A DNA stretch of 64,000 nucleotides from Paraspadella gotoi (GCA_051294375.1 JBJCIZ010000028.1:1560234-1624233), one strand, 5' to 3'; shown: positions 1 through 12,523, numbered from the stretch's first letter. Numbers and translations: made by a program. Notes: a model not told the origin generated them from the letters alone.

Positions 1-3000
1 GAAACCTGTCATCCAAATCTTACATTTATCTAAGAAGATTTATTGAGGAATTTAGAAGATTTGTAAGATTTAATTGGGAGGAAATGGGTGTGATTGATTT
101 GAAGGGAAACCTGGCATCCAAATCTGTCTTGGAAGATTTATCAAAAGACTTTGGAGAATTGTTAGATTTATTATCTGAGCGAGAAATGAAAAGGAATTGG
201 ATATTAAATCGAATAAGTCAAAATACTTATTGTTTTTTTACCTGCCAAGGAAATTCACCAAAGCCAGCATGTTGCCCGTTGATTATACGATTAGAGTTGC
301 CGCGTTTTCCGCATTCTGAGTTAAGTATTATAATGATTGAACAACTGCTAAACAGTAATTATATTATTGTTAGTGTAACTCTATAAGTTTTATCTTATTT
401 TTTCTCATTGTTCAAATTGTCTTGGATATATATATATATATATATAATGGAATGGAAAATATAATGGAAATATTAGGTTAAAAGCGGACTTTCAAGCTAA
501 TTATACTGAAAAAAGACCTTTGTCCAAATAAACAATTTTGTTCACCTTTAAAAGCGGATGCAAATGAAATGAAGCCGATTATAAGAAAAACCTTCATTTT
601 TTGTAACGTCTTGGATACAAAGACTAAAAAAATAAAAAAAATTCTGAATCATTTTGAACAACACCTGCGATTTAATCTTTTATTCTCATTGCTTTCTGGG
701 TACAACCTAAAATTTTAAAGTAGAAACTTTTACCATGATGGAAAAAAAAGTGTCGCGGTTTGGAAAAGCCAGTTAATTTTATTGTCAAATATATTTTTTG
801 GCTAATAAATAAGTTTTAATAGGTAATATGACCTCCCTAAGACTGAAAAAAATGATTATTTCTCAACAGCATTAAATTATTCAATGCATTCAAATACTTC
901 CAAAAGAGGTTGTCTATAACGGTTTTCACTTCTTTTTGATTAAGAGAACTACTCATATTATTGTTAAAATTATATCTCTGACATGATATTTTTTTTCAGA
1001 TTTGGGGCAAAAAATGGTCCTTAGCAAGTAGTGAAAAAGATGGATCCTCTCTCTAAGGTAAACCAGGCTTGAGTTGTTGCTGCATAATGTGATATTTCAT
1101 TGTCTTTCACTTCAACAAAATCCTTATTTTTTTATTTTTGGACTTGTTTGATACTTGAATCTCTCCAGTTGATCATTTCTTATGTTGAAAAAGAAAACAT
1201 TTATTATTTCATATTTGGCAGTTTTCATTTTAAAAGTTTAGGGGCCGTGTCCCTTTCAAAAATTTCAAAAATGTAAAGAACAAAAACTCGACTTGCTTGA
1301 CAAAAGTTGGCCAATTGAAAACTTTTTAAAAAATGTATGGCAAGAAAAAAATTGCGCTGGAAACATCGAAGCTTATAATTGAGTAGTTTGGAAGCTCAAA
1401 TAGTTCAGGCAAAAACGACGACGATAACAAAGACGACAAATACAAAAACGAAAATGACGAATTTTTTTTTTTAAATTTGTTTAAATTATTTAAATTCCCC
1501 TTTTAAAGGGAACTCTCATTAAGAGAGGTGCTTCAGAGCCTGGGGCCTGAAGGGGAATCTATAAAATTATTTTTTAGCATAATTCCTTATTAAATTTTTA
1601 TTCCAGTTGATCATTTCCTATGTTGAGAAAGAAATAAGTCACGATGACATGTAAGAAATTGGCTACACCATGCATTGTCAAGATACTCAATTTTTACTTT
1701 CTTTCAGCTCAATTTTGTATGTGAATGGAAAAGAGCTTTGTTGGATCTTTTACCTGGTGACCACTAGGCTTACACCGACCTTTTTCTTTTGTTCAATCTT
1801 GAAAAAAGGTTTCAGATGAGCAGAAGGAAGGATATCGAGTTGCCATTATTTTTTATTTTATATTTGCCAGTTCTCTTTTGAAAGGTTCCCTGGCCTAGCC
1901 CCTTTGGAAGAGAATTCCATAAAAATAGCTCAAAAATGTTAAGAACAAAACTGTGCATTGTCAAGATACTCAATCTTTACTCTCTTTGAGCTCAATCTCA
2001 TATATGAATGGAAAAGAACTTTGTTTGATTTTTTACCTGGTGACCACTAGGCTTACAACAACCTTTATCTTTTGTTCAAACTTGAAAAAATGTTTCATAA
2101 AAGCAGAAGGAATGCTATCCAGTCACTATTATTTAGAAAAAAGCTCTTTTAGAGTTTCTTTTCCAAAGCAATTAAAATTTTGTTGATTTGCTAGTTGTCT
2201 TGATTACTTTGTTGTTTTTCCTTTTGCTAATAATCATAGATATACCAAGATACATACCAATTTTAATCAAGGGAAAGACCTTCAATAAAATCGACTCAAG
2301 ATGTGCTGTTGAGCCAGAGTTATAACTTTTGTTTAAAAAACTTGGAGACGAGGCTTTCCTGGCTTTCCATTGCATAGAAAACAGAAAATGCTGATAATCA
2401 GAAACAGAATAAGTTTTGGGACTAACTTTTTATCATCAAAAGTCAAATACTAGTTGCCATTGTTTTTTTAAAAAGTCTTCAGTTTAATCCTTAATAGTTA
2501 TGATTCAAGATTTTAAAACTCTGGCTTCTCATTCTGCAGTAAAAATGAATCAAAACTTGAATTGCTTGATAAAGGTTGGCCAACTGAAAAGTTTTTCAAA
2601 AAGGCATGGCAAGAAAAAAATATTGCTGGAAATATCGAAGCTTATAATTGAGTAGTTTCAATTTGTTTAAAGTATGTACCTTCCCCTTTCATAGGGAACT
2701 CTCATTAAGAGAGGTGCTTCAGAGCCTTGTGCCTGAAGGGAAATCTATAAATCCTGTTCATATAAAGTCACTTTTTTGTATAATCCTTTGTTAATTTTTT
2801 TCTTCAGTTGATCATTTCCTATGTTGGGAAAGAAACTGCATTTATTAGTTATATTTGCCAGTTTCCTTTTGAAAGTTCCCTGGCCTTGCCCCTTTCGAAG
2901 AGAATTTCATAAAAATAGCTCAAAAATGTTAAGAACAAAACCGTGCATTGTCAAGATACTAAATTTTTACTTTCTTTCAGCTCAATATTATAAGTGAATG

Positions 3001-4274
3001 GAAAAGAGCTTTGTTTGATCTTTTACCTGGTGACCACTAGGCTTACAACAACCTTTATCTTTTGTTCAATCTTGAAAAAGGTTTTAAAAAAGCAGAAGGA
3101 AGGCTATCCAATCACTATTATCTAGAAAAAAGCTCTTTTAGAGTTTCCTTCCAAAGTAATTAAACTTTTTTGATTCACATGTTATCATTATGACTTTGTT
3201 GTTTTTCTTTTTGCTAATAATCATAGATACACCAAGATACATACCAATTTTAATCAATTTCAATAAACTCGACTCAAGATGTCCTGGTTGAGTCAGAGTC
3301 AGAACTTTTGTTCGAAAACTTTGAGACGAGGCTTTCTTGGCTTGCCATTTGCATAGAAAACTGAAAATGCTGATAATCAGAAGCAAAATAAGTTTTGGGA
3401 CTAACTTTTTATCATCAAAAGTCAAATACTAGTTGCCATTGTTTTTTTAAAAAGTCTTCAGTTTAATCCTTAATAGTTATGATTCAAGATTTTAAAGCTT
3501 TGGCTTCCCATTCTGCAGAGAAATTGATCAAAACTTAAATTGCTTGATAAATGTTGGCCAACTGAAAACTTTTTCAAAAAGGTATGGCAAGAAAAAAATA
3601 TTGCTGGAAATATCGAAGCTTATAATTGAGTAGTTTCATTTGTTTAAAGTATGTATCTTCCCCTTTCATAGGGAACTCTCATTAAGAGAGGTGCTTCAGA
3701 GCCTTGTGCCTGAAGGGAAATCTATAAATCCTGCTCATATAAAATTTTTTTTTGCATAATCTTTAATAAATTTTTTCTCCAGTTGCTCATTTCTTATGTG
3801 GGGAAAGAAAACTACATTTATTATTTTATAGTTGGTATTTCCCTTGAAATGTTCCCTGGCCTCGCCCATTTTGAATAGAAATTCATAAAATAGCTTTGTA
3901 ATTTTTTAACAAGCTTTGCCTTAACTGCTTACAAATGAATTGTCAAGACCTATGAAAGAAATGATCATTCGGCAAGTGCCCATCCAAAAATTACTCTAAG
4001 CTGTCATAATTCAGCAAAGTTTGGTACAGGATTTAAACAATTTTTTGAGTACATTCATTTTTTCAAAGTATGTATATATCTCTTTCATCAAGATATTTCT
4101 CTCAAGTAGAGAGTTCTTTCAGAGCCTTGAGCCTGATTGAAAAATATATAAGAAGAGATATTATTTTCTTTCTTTTTTTAAAATTAATTGTAGTTTTCAA
4201 TCATGTATACATATTTATATTTTGGATGTCGTCCCTATTTTTTTCTTCAGCTTTCAGAAAATAGAAATTAGAAA

Positions 4275-4394
4275 AAGCCTACAACACCCGGGATTCCCAG
4301 GCGGTCACCCATCCAAGTACTAACCGGGCCCGACGTTGCTTAACTTCGGTGATCAGACGAGAACCGGTGTATTCAACGTGGTATGGTCGTAGGC
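4275..4394 (-). rRNA. RNA5S: 5S ribosomal RNA
   Basis: Reverse complement reads GCCTACGACCATACC...GTTAAGCAAC...TAGTACTTGGATGGGTGACCGCCTGGGAA...GTTGTAGGCTT, a full-length eukaryotic 5S with internal control region, ending in a T5 Pol III terminator. Confidence 0.98.
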
Positions 4395-6554
4395 ACAGAA
4401 GGACGCATATCAAGTTGCCATTATCTAGAAAAGGGCTCTTTTAGAGTTTCTTTTCCAAAGCAATTAAACTTTTTTGATTCGCATGTTGTCTGATGACTTA
4501 GTTGTTTCTATTTTTGCTATTAATAGATAAACCAAGATTCATACCAATTTTGCTCAAGGAAAATACCTTCAATAAAATTGACTCAAGATGTGCGGTTGAG
4601 TCAGAGTTAAAACTTTTGTTCAAAAACTTGGAGACGAGGCTTTCTTTGCTCCATTTGCATAGAAAACAAAAAATGCTGATAATCAGAAGCAGAATAAGTT
4701 TTGGACTAACTTTTTATCATCAAAAGTCAAATACTATTGCAATTGTTTTTTAAAATATTTAGGTTAATCTTTAATAGTTATAATTCAAGACTGCAAAACT
4801 GTGGCTTCTCATTCTTTAGTAAAAATGGATCAAAACTGTACTTGCTTGATAAAAGTTGGCCAACTAAAAACTTTTTCAAAAAGGTATGGCATGAAAAAAT
4901 TTGTGCCAAAAACATCGAAGCTTATAATTGAGTAGTTTCAATTTGTTTAAAGTATGTATCTTCCCCTTTCATAGGGAACTCTCATAAGAGAGGTGCTTCA
5001 GAGCCTTGTGCCTGAAGGGAAATCTATAAATCCTGCTCATATAATGTCACTTTTTTATATAATCCTTTGTTAATTTTTTTCTTCAGTTGATCATTTCCTA
5101 TGTTGGGAAAGAAACTGCATTTATTAGTTTATATTTGCCAGTTTCCTTTTGAAAGGTTCCCTGGCCCTCCTTTCGAAGAGAATTTATAAAAAAAGCTCAA
5201 AAATGTTAAGAACAAAACCGTGCATTGTCAAGATACGAAATTTTTATTTCTTTCAGCTCAATTTTAAGTGAATGGAAAAGAGCTTTGTTTGATCTTTTAC
5301 CTGGTGACACATAGGCTTACAACAACCTTTATCTTTTGTTTAATCTTGAAAAAAGTTTTAAAAAAAGCAGAAGGAAGGCTATCCAGTCACTATTATCTAG
5401 AAAAAAGCTCTTTTAGAGTTTCCTTTCCAAAATAATTAAACTTTTTTGATTCACATGTTATCATGATGACTTTGTTGTTTTTTTTTGCTAATAATCATAG
5501 ATACACCAAGATACATACCAATTTTAATCATTTTTAATAAACTCGACTCAAGATGTCCGCTTGAGTCAGAGTCAGAACTTTTGTTCGAAAACGTTGAGAC
5601 GAGGCTTTCTTGGCTTGCCATTTGCATAGAAAACTGAAAATGCTGATAATCAGAAGCAAAAAAGTTTTGGGACTAACTTTTTATCATCAAAAGTCAAATA
5701 CACGTTGCAATTGTTTTTTAAAAAGTCTTCAGTTTAATCCTTAATAGTTATGCTTCAAGATTTTAAAGCTCTGGCTTCTCATTCTGCAGTAAAAATTGAT
5801 CAAAACTTAAATTGCTTGATAAATGTTGGCCAACTGAAAACTTTTTCAAAAAGCATGGCAAGAAAAAAATATTGCTGGAAATATCGAAGCTTATAATTGA
5901 GTAGTTTCAATTTGTTTAAAGTATGTATCTTCCCCTTTCATAGGGAACCCTCATTAAGAGAGGTGCTTCAGAGCCTTGTGCCTGAAGGGAAATCTATAAA
6001 TCCTGCTCATATAAAATTATTTTTTTGATAATCTCTTAATAAATTTTTTCTCCAGTTGCTCATTTCTTATGTGGGGAAAGAAAACTACATTTATTATTTT
6101 ATAGATTGGTATTCCCTTTGAAATTTTCCCTGGCCTCGCCCATTTTGAATAGAAATTCATAAAAATAGCTTTGTAATTTTTTAACAAGCTTTGCCGTTAA
6201 CTGGCTTACAAATGAATTGTCAAGACCTATGAAGAAATGATCATTCGGCAAGTGCCCATCCAAAAATTACTCTAAGCTGTCATAATTCAGCAAAGTTTGG
6301 TACAGGATTTAAACAATTTTTTGAGTACATTCAATTTTCTCAAAGTATGTATATATCTCTTTCATCAAGATATTTCTCTCAAGTAGAGAGTTCTTTCAGA
6401 GCCTTGAGCCTGATTGAAAATATATATAAGAAGAGATTACTATTTTTTTTTCTTTTTTAAAATTAATTGTATTTTCATATCATGTATACATATTTATATT
6501 TTGGATGTCGTCCCTATTTTTTTCTTCTAGCTTTCAGAAATAAGAAATTAGAAA

Positions 6555-6673
6555 AAGCCTACAACACCCGGGATTCCCAGGCGGTCACCCATCCAAGTAC
6601 TAACCGGGCCCGACGTTGCTTAACTTCGGTGATCAGACGAGAACCGGTGTATTCAACGTGGTATGTCGTAGGC
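6555..6673 (-). rRNA. RNA5S: 5S ribosomal RNA (second copy, 1-nt deletion near the 5' end, possibly a sequencing error)
   Basis: Identical to the 4275-4394 copy except GTATGTCGTAGGC versus GTATGGTCGTAGGC on the + strand; same T5 terminator. Confidence 0.95.
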
Positions 6674-8289
6674 ACAGAAGGATGCATATAAAGTTGCCAT
6701 TATCTAGTAAAGAGCTCTTTTAGAGATTCTTTTCCAAAGCAATTAAACTTTTTTGATTCGTTGTTTCTATTTTTGCTATTAATAGATAAACCAAGATTCA
6801 TACCAATTTTGCTCAAGGAAAATACCTTCAATAAAATTGACTTCAGATGTGCGGTTGAGTCAGAGTTAAAACTTTTGTTTAAAAACTTTGAGATGAGGCT
6901 TTCTTTGCTTTCCATTTGCATAGAAAACAGAAAATGCTGATAATCAGAAGCAGAATAAGTTTTGGGACTAACTTTTTATCATCAAAAGTCAAATACTAGT
7001 TGCAATTGTTTTTTAAAAAATCTTTAGGTCAATCTTTAATAGTTATAATTCAAGACTGCAAAACTGTGGCTTCTCATTCTTTAGTAAAAATGGATCAAAA
7101 CTGTATTTGCTTGATAAAAGTTGGCCAACTAAAAACTTTTTTAAAAAGGTATGGCATGAAAAAATTTGTGCCAGAAACATCGAAGCTTATAATTGAGTAG
7201 TTTCAATTTGTTTAAAGTATGTATCTTCCCCTTTCATAGGGAACTCTCATTAAGAGAGGTGCTTCAGAGCCTTGTGCCTGAAGGGAAATCTATAAATCAT
7301 TCTCATATAAAGTCACTTTTTTATATAATCCTTTGTTAATTTTTTTCTTTAGTTGATCATTTCCTATGTTGGGAAAGAAACTGCATTTATTAGTTTATAT
7401 TTGCCAGATTCCTTTTGATAGGTTCCCTGGCCTAGCCCCTTTCGAAGAAAATTTTATAAAAATAGCTAAAAAATGTTAAGAACAAAACCGTGCATTGTCA
7501 AGATACTAAATTTTTACTTTCTTTCAGCTCAATTTTGTAAGTGAATGGAAAAGAGCTTTGTTTGATCTTTTACCTGGTGACCACTAGGCTTACAACAACC
7601 TTTATCTTTTGTTCAATCTTGAAAAAGGTTTTAAAAAACCAGAAGGAAGGCTATCCAGTCACTATTATCTAGAAAAAATGCTCTTTTAGAGTTTCCAAAT
7701 ATATTAAACTTTTTTGATTCACATGTTATCATGATGACTTTGTTGTTTTTCTTTTTGCTAATAATCATAGATACACCATGATACATACCAATTTTAATCA
7801 TTTTTAATAAACTCGACTCAAGATGTCCGCTTGAGTCAGAGTCAGAACTTTTGTTCGAAAACGTTGAGGCGAGGCTTTATTGGCTTGAGGCATAGAAAAC
7901 TGAAAATGCTGATAATCAGAAGCAAAATAAGTTTTGGGACTAACTTTTTATCATCAAAAGTCAAATACACGTTGCAATTGTTTTTTAAAAAGTCTTCAGT
8001 TTAATCCTTAATAGTTATCCTCTAGATTTTAAAGCTCTGGCTTCTCATTCTGCAGTAAAAATTGATCAAAACTTAATTGCTTGATAAATGTTGGCCAACT
8101 TAAAACTTTTTCAAAAAGGCATGGCAAGAAAAAAATATTGCTGGAAATATTGAAGCTTATAATTGAGTAGTTTCAATTTGTTTAAAGTATGTATCTTCCC
8201 CTTTCATAGGGAACTCTCATTAAGAGAGGTGCTTCAGAGCCTTGTGCCTGAAGGGAAATCTATAAATCCTGCTCATATAAAATTATTTT

Positions 8290-8860
8290 TTGAGTGATCA
8301 AACAAGGATATTTAGACGTGAGATATTATGAATAACTAATACAAAAAATATTTTGTTCATATAGTCTTGGGAACTGAATAGTAAAATACAATATATTTGT
8401 ATTTTATAAAATAGTAAATTCTAAAAATAATTTTTTAAAACTTTTAATAAAGATTCAGATTTTTCATAAAAAGTTAAATCAAAAATATAAAACAAGTTAT
8501 CAAAAATTATGTTGTCTTCAGCATTTAAAACAGCAAAAAGGCGGAAATTCAGATCTTTAAACTTATATATGTTAAAACTTTTTAATCATTTTTTGCGTTC
8601 TAAACATTAAAGTATCATATAACATATTTTATAAAAGTTTTTAGTTTCTTTTTGGCAAATCCAAATCTCTTCTTAAAATAAAAAAAATATTTTGAAATTT
8701 TATAATTTTATAAGTATAATTCTACATAATAATTGAATTTACTTTACTGTTATGCTTTAAAAAAAATTTCAAAGGATTTAAAATTCATTAATTATATATC
8801 CATAAGCATAAGCAGCGAAAAAAAATTGTTCAATCGCTCAATCTTTTCATCACTCCACCC
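8290..8860 (-). mobile_element. truncated MITE, inverted copy of the element at 23860-24482
   Basis: Diverged reverse-complement match to ~23860-24450, ending in the terminus CACTCCACCC|TA; marks the right end of the 5S repeat array. Confidence 0.75.
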
Positions 8861-9305
8861 TAATTGTCAATGCCGAGGAAGGGCACATCAAATATTGAGA
8901 ATGTTTTATCCATGTTTTATATATTTTTTATTGAATAAATACACTTTTTAACAATAATGTGATATACTCTTTTCCTAGATAGTAGTACTTGTTAAGTATT
9001 AATTATTGCATCTTGTACACACGTTTCATACTTGTGTACTCACGTGATCACGTCGAACAGCCACGCGATCAGAAAATAATTGATAAATTATTTACGTACA
9101 TGGTTGTTCTACTTAATAATTAACAGAAACAATAAGACACATGACGCTTCTTGTGCTTCTTTTTCATACTTACGTAAACTCGTGATCCAAATAAAAATTC
9201 ATCCACGAAAGATAAGTCACAGCGGCGAAACGCCTCGAACTTGCCCGTTCTTTTTATATCTTATTATAATATTATTATTAAAAGTGAAATAAAATTATAA
9301 TTAAT

Positions 9306-9348
9306 TGCGCTGATGAAGATTCGCATCAGAACCAAAACAAGTCCGATA
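9306..9348 (+). ncRNA. degenerate minimal type I hammerhead ribozyme (Penelope-type)
   Basis: cg-CTGATGA-a-GATTC-gcatca-GAACC-AAAAC-aa-GTC-cg; core GAAA is mutated to AAAA and stem II has one mismatch, so probably inactive. Confidence 0.5.
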
Positions 9349-9463
9349 TTATAATTCATCTTTGTTTAATTCAACAAACTTTCAAATCGCAACGGAAAGA
9401 AAGGAAATACTACATTTAATACACTTAATTAATTAATTAATTAATTATTAATACAATCAACTA

Positions 9464-12136
9464 TCATTTATTTTGCTTCTTAGTCGGACGCAGTGACGTC
9501 TCCCCAGACTTGTCCGCCTTCGCCGCGAGAGCGAAAGTTTTTTTCGAGTAAAAATGTGTAACGAGGTTAGGGATGGAGTCGAAGGTCTCCTCGTTGGCTT
9601 TCTTTTCTCCTATGGCGAATCGATCGTCGGAGCTGAAGGAGACAGAGACGGGAGGGAGAAAGGGAGACAGAGACGGGAGGGAGAAAGGGAGACAGAGAGG
9701 CGTTGTAGAATGTAAACGTGATAAATACAGGGAGAAGATTTAACCGAAACATTCCGCTTCAATCAAGTCAATCAAGCTCACTCAAGAAAATCGGTCATTT
9801 TCAAGGTTACAAGAGAATAGTTAGCCATGAAACAGTTTGTCCACTGTCCAATGGTTCTGGGAGATTTGTCTGTTACTTTGCTTTCCGTAATTTTGGATCC
9901 GGCTGTAGACTTGATACCGCTAAGTGGGTTAAATAATGCATATATTGAGGCGACTTACCACCGGTCTCTCTAAACCCTTCCTCTGGATCAAGAGAGAGGA
10001 AGGGTTGAGAGAGAGAGACCGGTGGTAAGTCGCCACAATATCTTCCGTTGTGACATCAGAACATTATTGGGGGGTCGCTACGCCCCCGAGGCGGTTAACG
10101 GCCGACCTCGCGGTTCCCGAAGGATACATATCCAACGGATTACGAGATTATGTGACTACAAAGTCATTCAATCGAATCAAAATAGAAAGTAAAATCAAAT
10201 TAAATGTAGTTTAAATAGATTCAAATCAATTTTAATTAAAAAATCTATCAAATCAAATCAAATATTCAATCAAAATAGCTTCAATTTAAATACACCCACC
10301 GTTTTCTAATCTTCAGATTGTAGGCGTGCCCGTCGTACAGAACCGTCATGGAGTAACTCACATCCGGATCTTTTGAGCTGCTCGGTCGCACAACGAAGCT
10401 CCCGTCGGCGCGGAGATCCTGGACGAGCCTTTCCGCGTCCTTACGGCTCAGGCTTTCGTCAAACCTGCATAGGGGATAGTCTTAGAACCACAGTTTTTTA
10501 ATGATTATTTTCAAATAAATTTCTCATATCGTGTTAAATGATAATATTTAATTGATAAATTTATCACGAACCATTCGAAAGCCGATAGTGAATCGGGATC
10601 CTCGTACACTTCTTCCGAATTCTGTGAAGATGAAACGAAACTCATAAAAAAGATTATTGAAAAACCAGAGCGATGGGTAAATTGTAAGATCATTCTTCCA
10701 AAGCAATGATCATTATGATTATAATATAAACCGAGGTGCTATTAGCGTTTTGCTTTAGCGTTACTGAAAATTACAATATATTATATAAGTAATTTTTACC
10801 AGTTGATAAATACTGATATTATCGTATTATGACGGACTAAAATCCACCAACCGTTCATCAGCGGCCATTGGTGCCGGAGGCAAGTCATTCGCCTCCCAAC
10901 CCAAATGGTCCAGGGTTCTAGCCCGGTGGTCGCCTAGCGAGGGACGGGGCGCTTAACCCGCCTGTAACACGGTGTTACAACCTGATCCGAAGCTCAGGGA
11001 CTGCTTACATTGAACGGTTCTGTCATTAACATATAACAATAATTACTGTCTCTTCAGTATCGTCTTTTCTGTTTATGCTTACAATAAGCCTTGCAATCGT
11101 TATTGATAATGATGAAAATTGACTCTAATAGTAATACAAAACCTTCTACCTGAAGAGCTGCAGCCGTCTGCTTCCGCGGCTTCAGCGGCGGCGGCGGCGA
11201 ACATGATGACGCGGCGTCGAACGAAGTAGATTTAATCGGTCTTAACGGCGTCAATTTTAACGGCGGCAACTCCGTATCTTTCGGCGGCCAGGGTCTCGGC
11301 GAGATCTTAGATTTTATCGGCCTTGGCGGAATAGGGGAAGGTTCCGGCGCCATCGCCGCGGGCGGACTTTTAGGCGGCAGCGTCGGAATCGGCTGCTGAT
11401 GCGTTGGCGGCGGAGGTGGCGGCCGCGGTCCGGGTTTGACCGTCAGCGGCGGCGGCGGCGACCGTATTTCCGGCAGAGACATTTCGTCCGGATCTTCGTA
11501 GGGAGCGGGATCCGGCTAGAGTAGAAAGAAGGAGGAGAGCAGGAAAATTCTATCAACAAATACAGGAAGAAAGATCGTTTGTAGAGGGAGTCGAATATAG
11601 TTTGATATTTCTGTCCCTAATTCCTTCACTTAATTTTAACTAAAGAAATATTTACTATTTCTTAGCCGCTTATGAGATCGTATAATGGCAAAACAACTAA
11701 CAAGCTAAACTCGAGTAAAACACTAATTTATTATTACTTATGCACTTATAGTTGACTCAATATAATATTGATTACAAATTTGTTACAATAACATTTCTCG
11801 GCGGCGGGATCGGCGGCGGAATGGAAGGCGGACTCGTAGATGGGAGATCGTCCGGCATGGCGGATGAGACGGGAACCGGGATGGCTGCCGGAAGGGGCGG
11901 AGGCGGCGGTAGACGTTTCACGTTACCGACCGGAGGCGAGGCGAGAGATCTTAAGGACATTAAAAAAGCATCGAATACCGGAATTTAATGTCGCGATACA
12001 GGGATATCGCGGTAAAATAAAACAAAATGGAAACAATATAATAAATAAATGAAGGATGCAAACTATAAAATAAAATAAAGAATCGACACCTGACGAGAAC
12101 TTACCTTCGAGGCGGAACCATCGGGTGAGTGAACAT
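9464..12136 (-). CDS. SLP-76/BLNK-like adaptor: proline-rich region, two YEDP motifs, C-terminal SH2 domain (exons ~12105-12136, 11793-11949, 11150-11515, 10572-10621, 10300-10464, 9464-9632)
   Basis: GT-AG exons join in phase. Translation gives WFDESLSRKDAERLVQDLRADGSFVVRPSS...YSMTVLYDGHAYNLKIRKRSDDRFAIGEKKANEETFDSIPNLVTHF (SH2 with FVVR motif), preceded by PYEDPD and VYEDPD. The start codon is uncertain and upstream exons may exist. Confidence 0.82.
9946..10037. mobile_element. fold-back mini-element (near-perfect hairpin) with ATAT target-site duplication
   Basis: TGAGGCGACTTACCACCGGTCTCTCT...AGAGAGACCGGTGGTAAGTCGCCACA with inner AACCCTTCCTCT/AGAGGAAGGGTT arms; ATAT on both flanks. Confidence 0.8.
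10828..11028 (+). mobile_element. tRNA-head/twister element, copy 1 (intronic, antisense to the SH2 adaptor gene)
   Basis: A-box-like TGGTGCCGGAGG and B-box GGGTTCTAGCCC, then a twister fold; short inverted termini (TATGACGGA/TCTGTCATTA and AACCGTTCA/TGAACGGTT). Confidence 0.7.
10926..11004 (+). ncRNA. type P5 twister ribozyme (predicted cleavage U10954/A10955)
   Basis: P5 GTGGTC/GACTGC; GAGG-GA-CGGG(T1)-GCGC-T-TAA-CCC-GC-C; P3 TGTAACAC/GTGTTACA; P4 CCTGA[TCCGAAGC]TCAGG. Matches the twister layout (UAA, GC T2, UNNNAAGC loop, catalytic GA); P2 is only 3 bp with a bulge. Confidence 0.78.
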
Positions 12137-12523
12137 TTTAGAGGCCTCGATCGCGACTTTGAAGAAACACGAACGATTTTTATTATTTATCAATTATTAT
12201 TTAGTTTCCGTTTAAAAATAGATTTCGTAATAAGGGAAAACCGAAAGTTGGTCCTATAGAACCAGTACGCATCGATTCAAAATTGCAGATTTGGGAAAAA
12301 AATAGGAATCAGCTTCAAAAACTGGTTTTAAAGTTTCGACTTGACAATGGCGACGACTGTAAAAAAGACGACAGAAATCTGGTTTATGAAATTGGTACAA
12401 ATATAAAAATTATCCATTGATTTAATAAGCTATCTTGACCCTAACTGGTGGTTTACAAGATAATGACATAGCAGCTTAAAATCAAGACTCACAGTCGCTT
12501 ACCTGGCTTCCTTATCAATGAGG

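Larger units (their letters stand above)
1160..8290. repeat. 5S rDNA-associated higher-order tandem repeat (~970 bp + ~1300 bp monomers, period ~2270 bp)
   Basis: Anchor GAAGCTTATAATTGAGTAGTTT recurs at about 1368, 2637, 3615, 4917, 5886, 7182 and 8152, with alternating ~1300/~970 bp spacing; two of the long monomers carry a 5S gene. Confidence 0.9.

Noticed and set aside
2655-2700. U7 snRNA (AATTTGTTTAAAG resembles the U7 Sm site and is followed by a hairpin)
   Set aside because: The upstream sequence is not complementary to the histone downstream element AAAGATYGTC.
3900-4070. Spliced-leader RNA gene linked to 5S
   Set aside because: An Sm-like AATTTTTTGA is present, but I could not find a convincing leader/GT donor hairpin arrangement.
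10826-10864. Minus-strand hammerhead (CTGATGAACGG...CCG)
   Set aside because: Lacks the GAAA and NUH elements.
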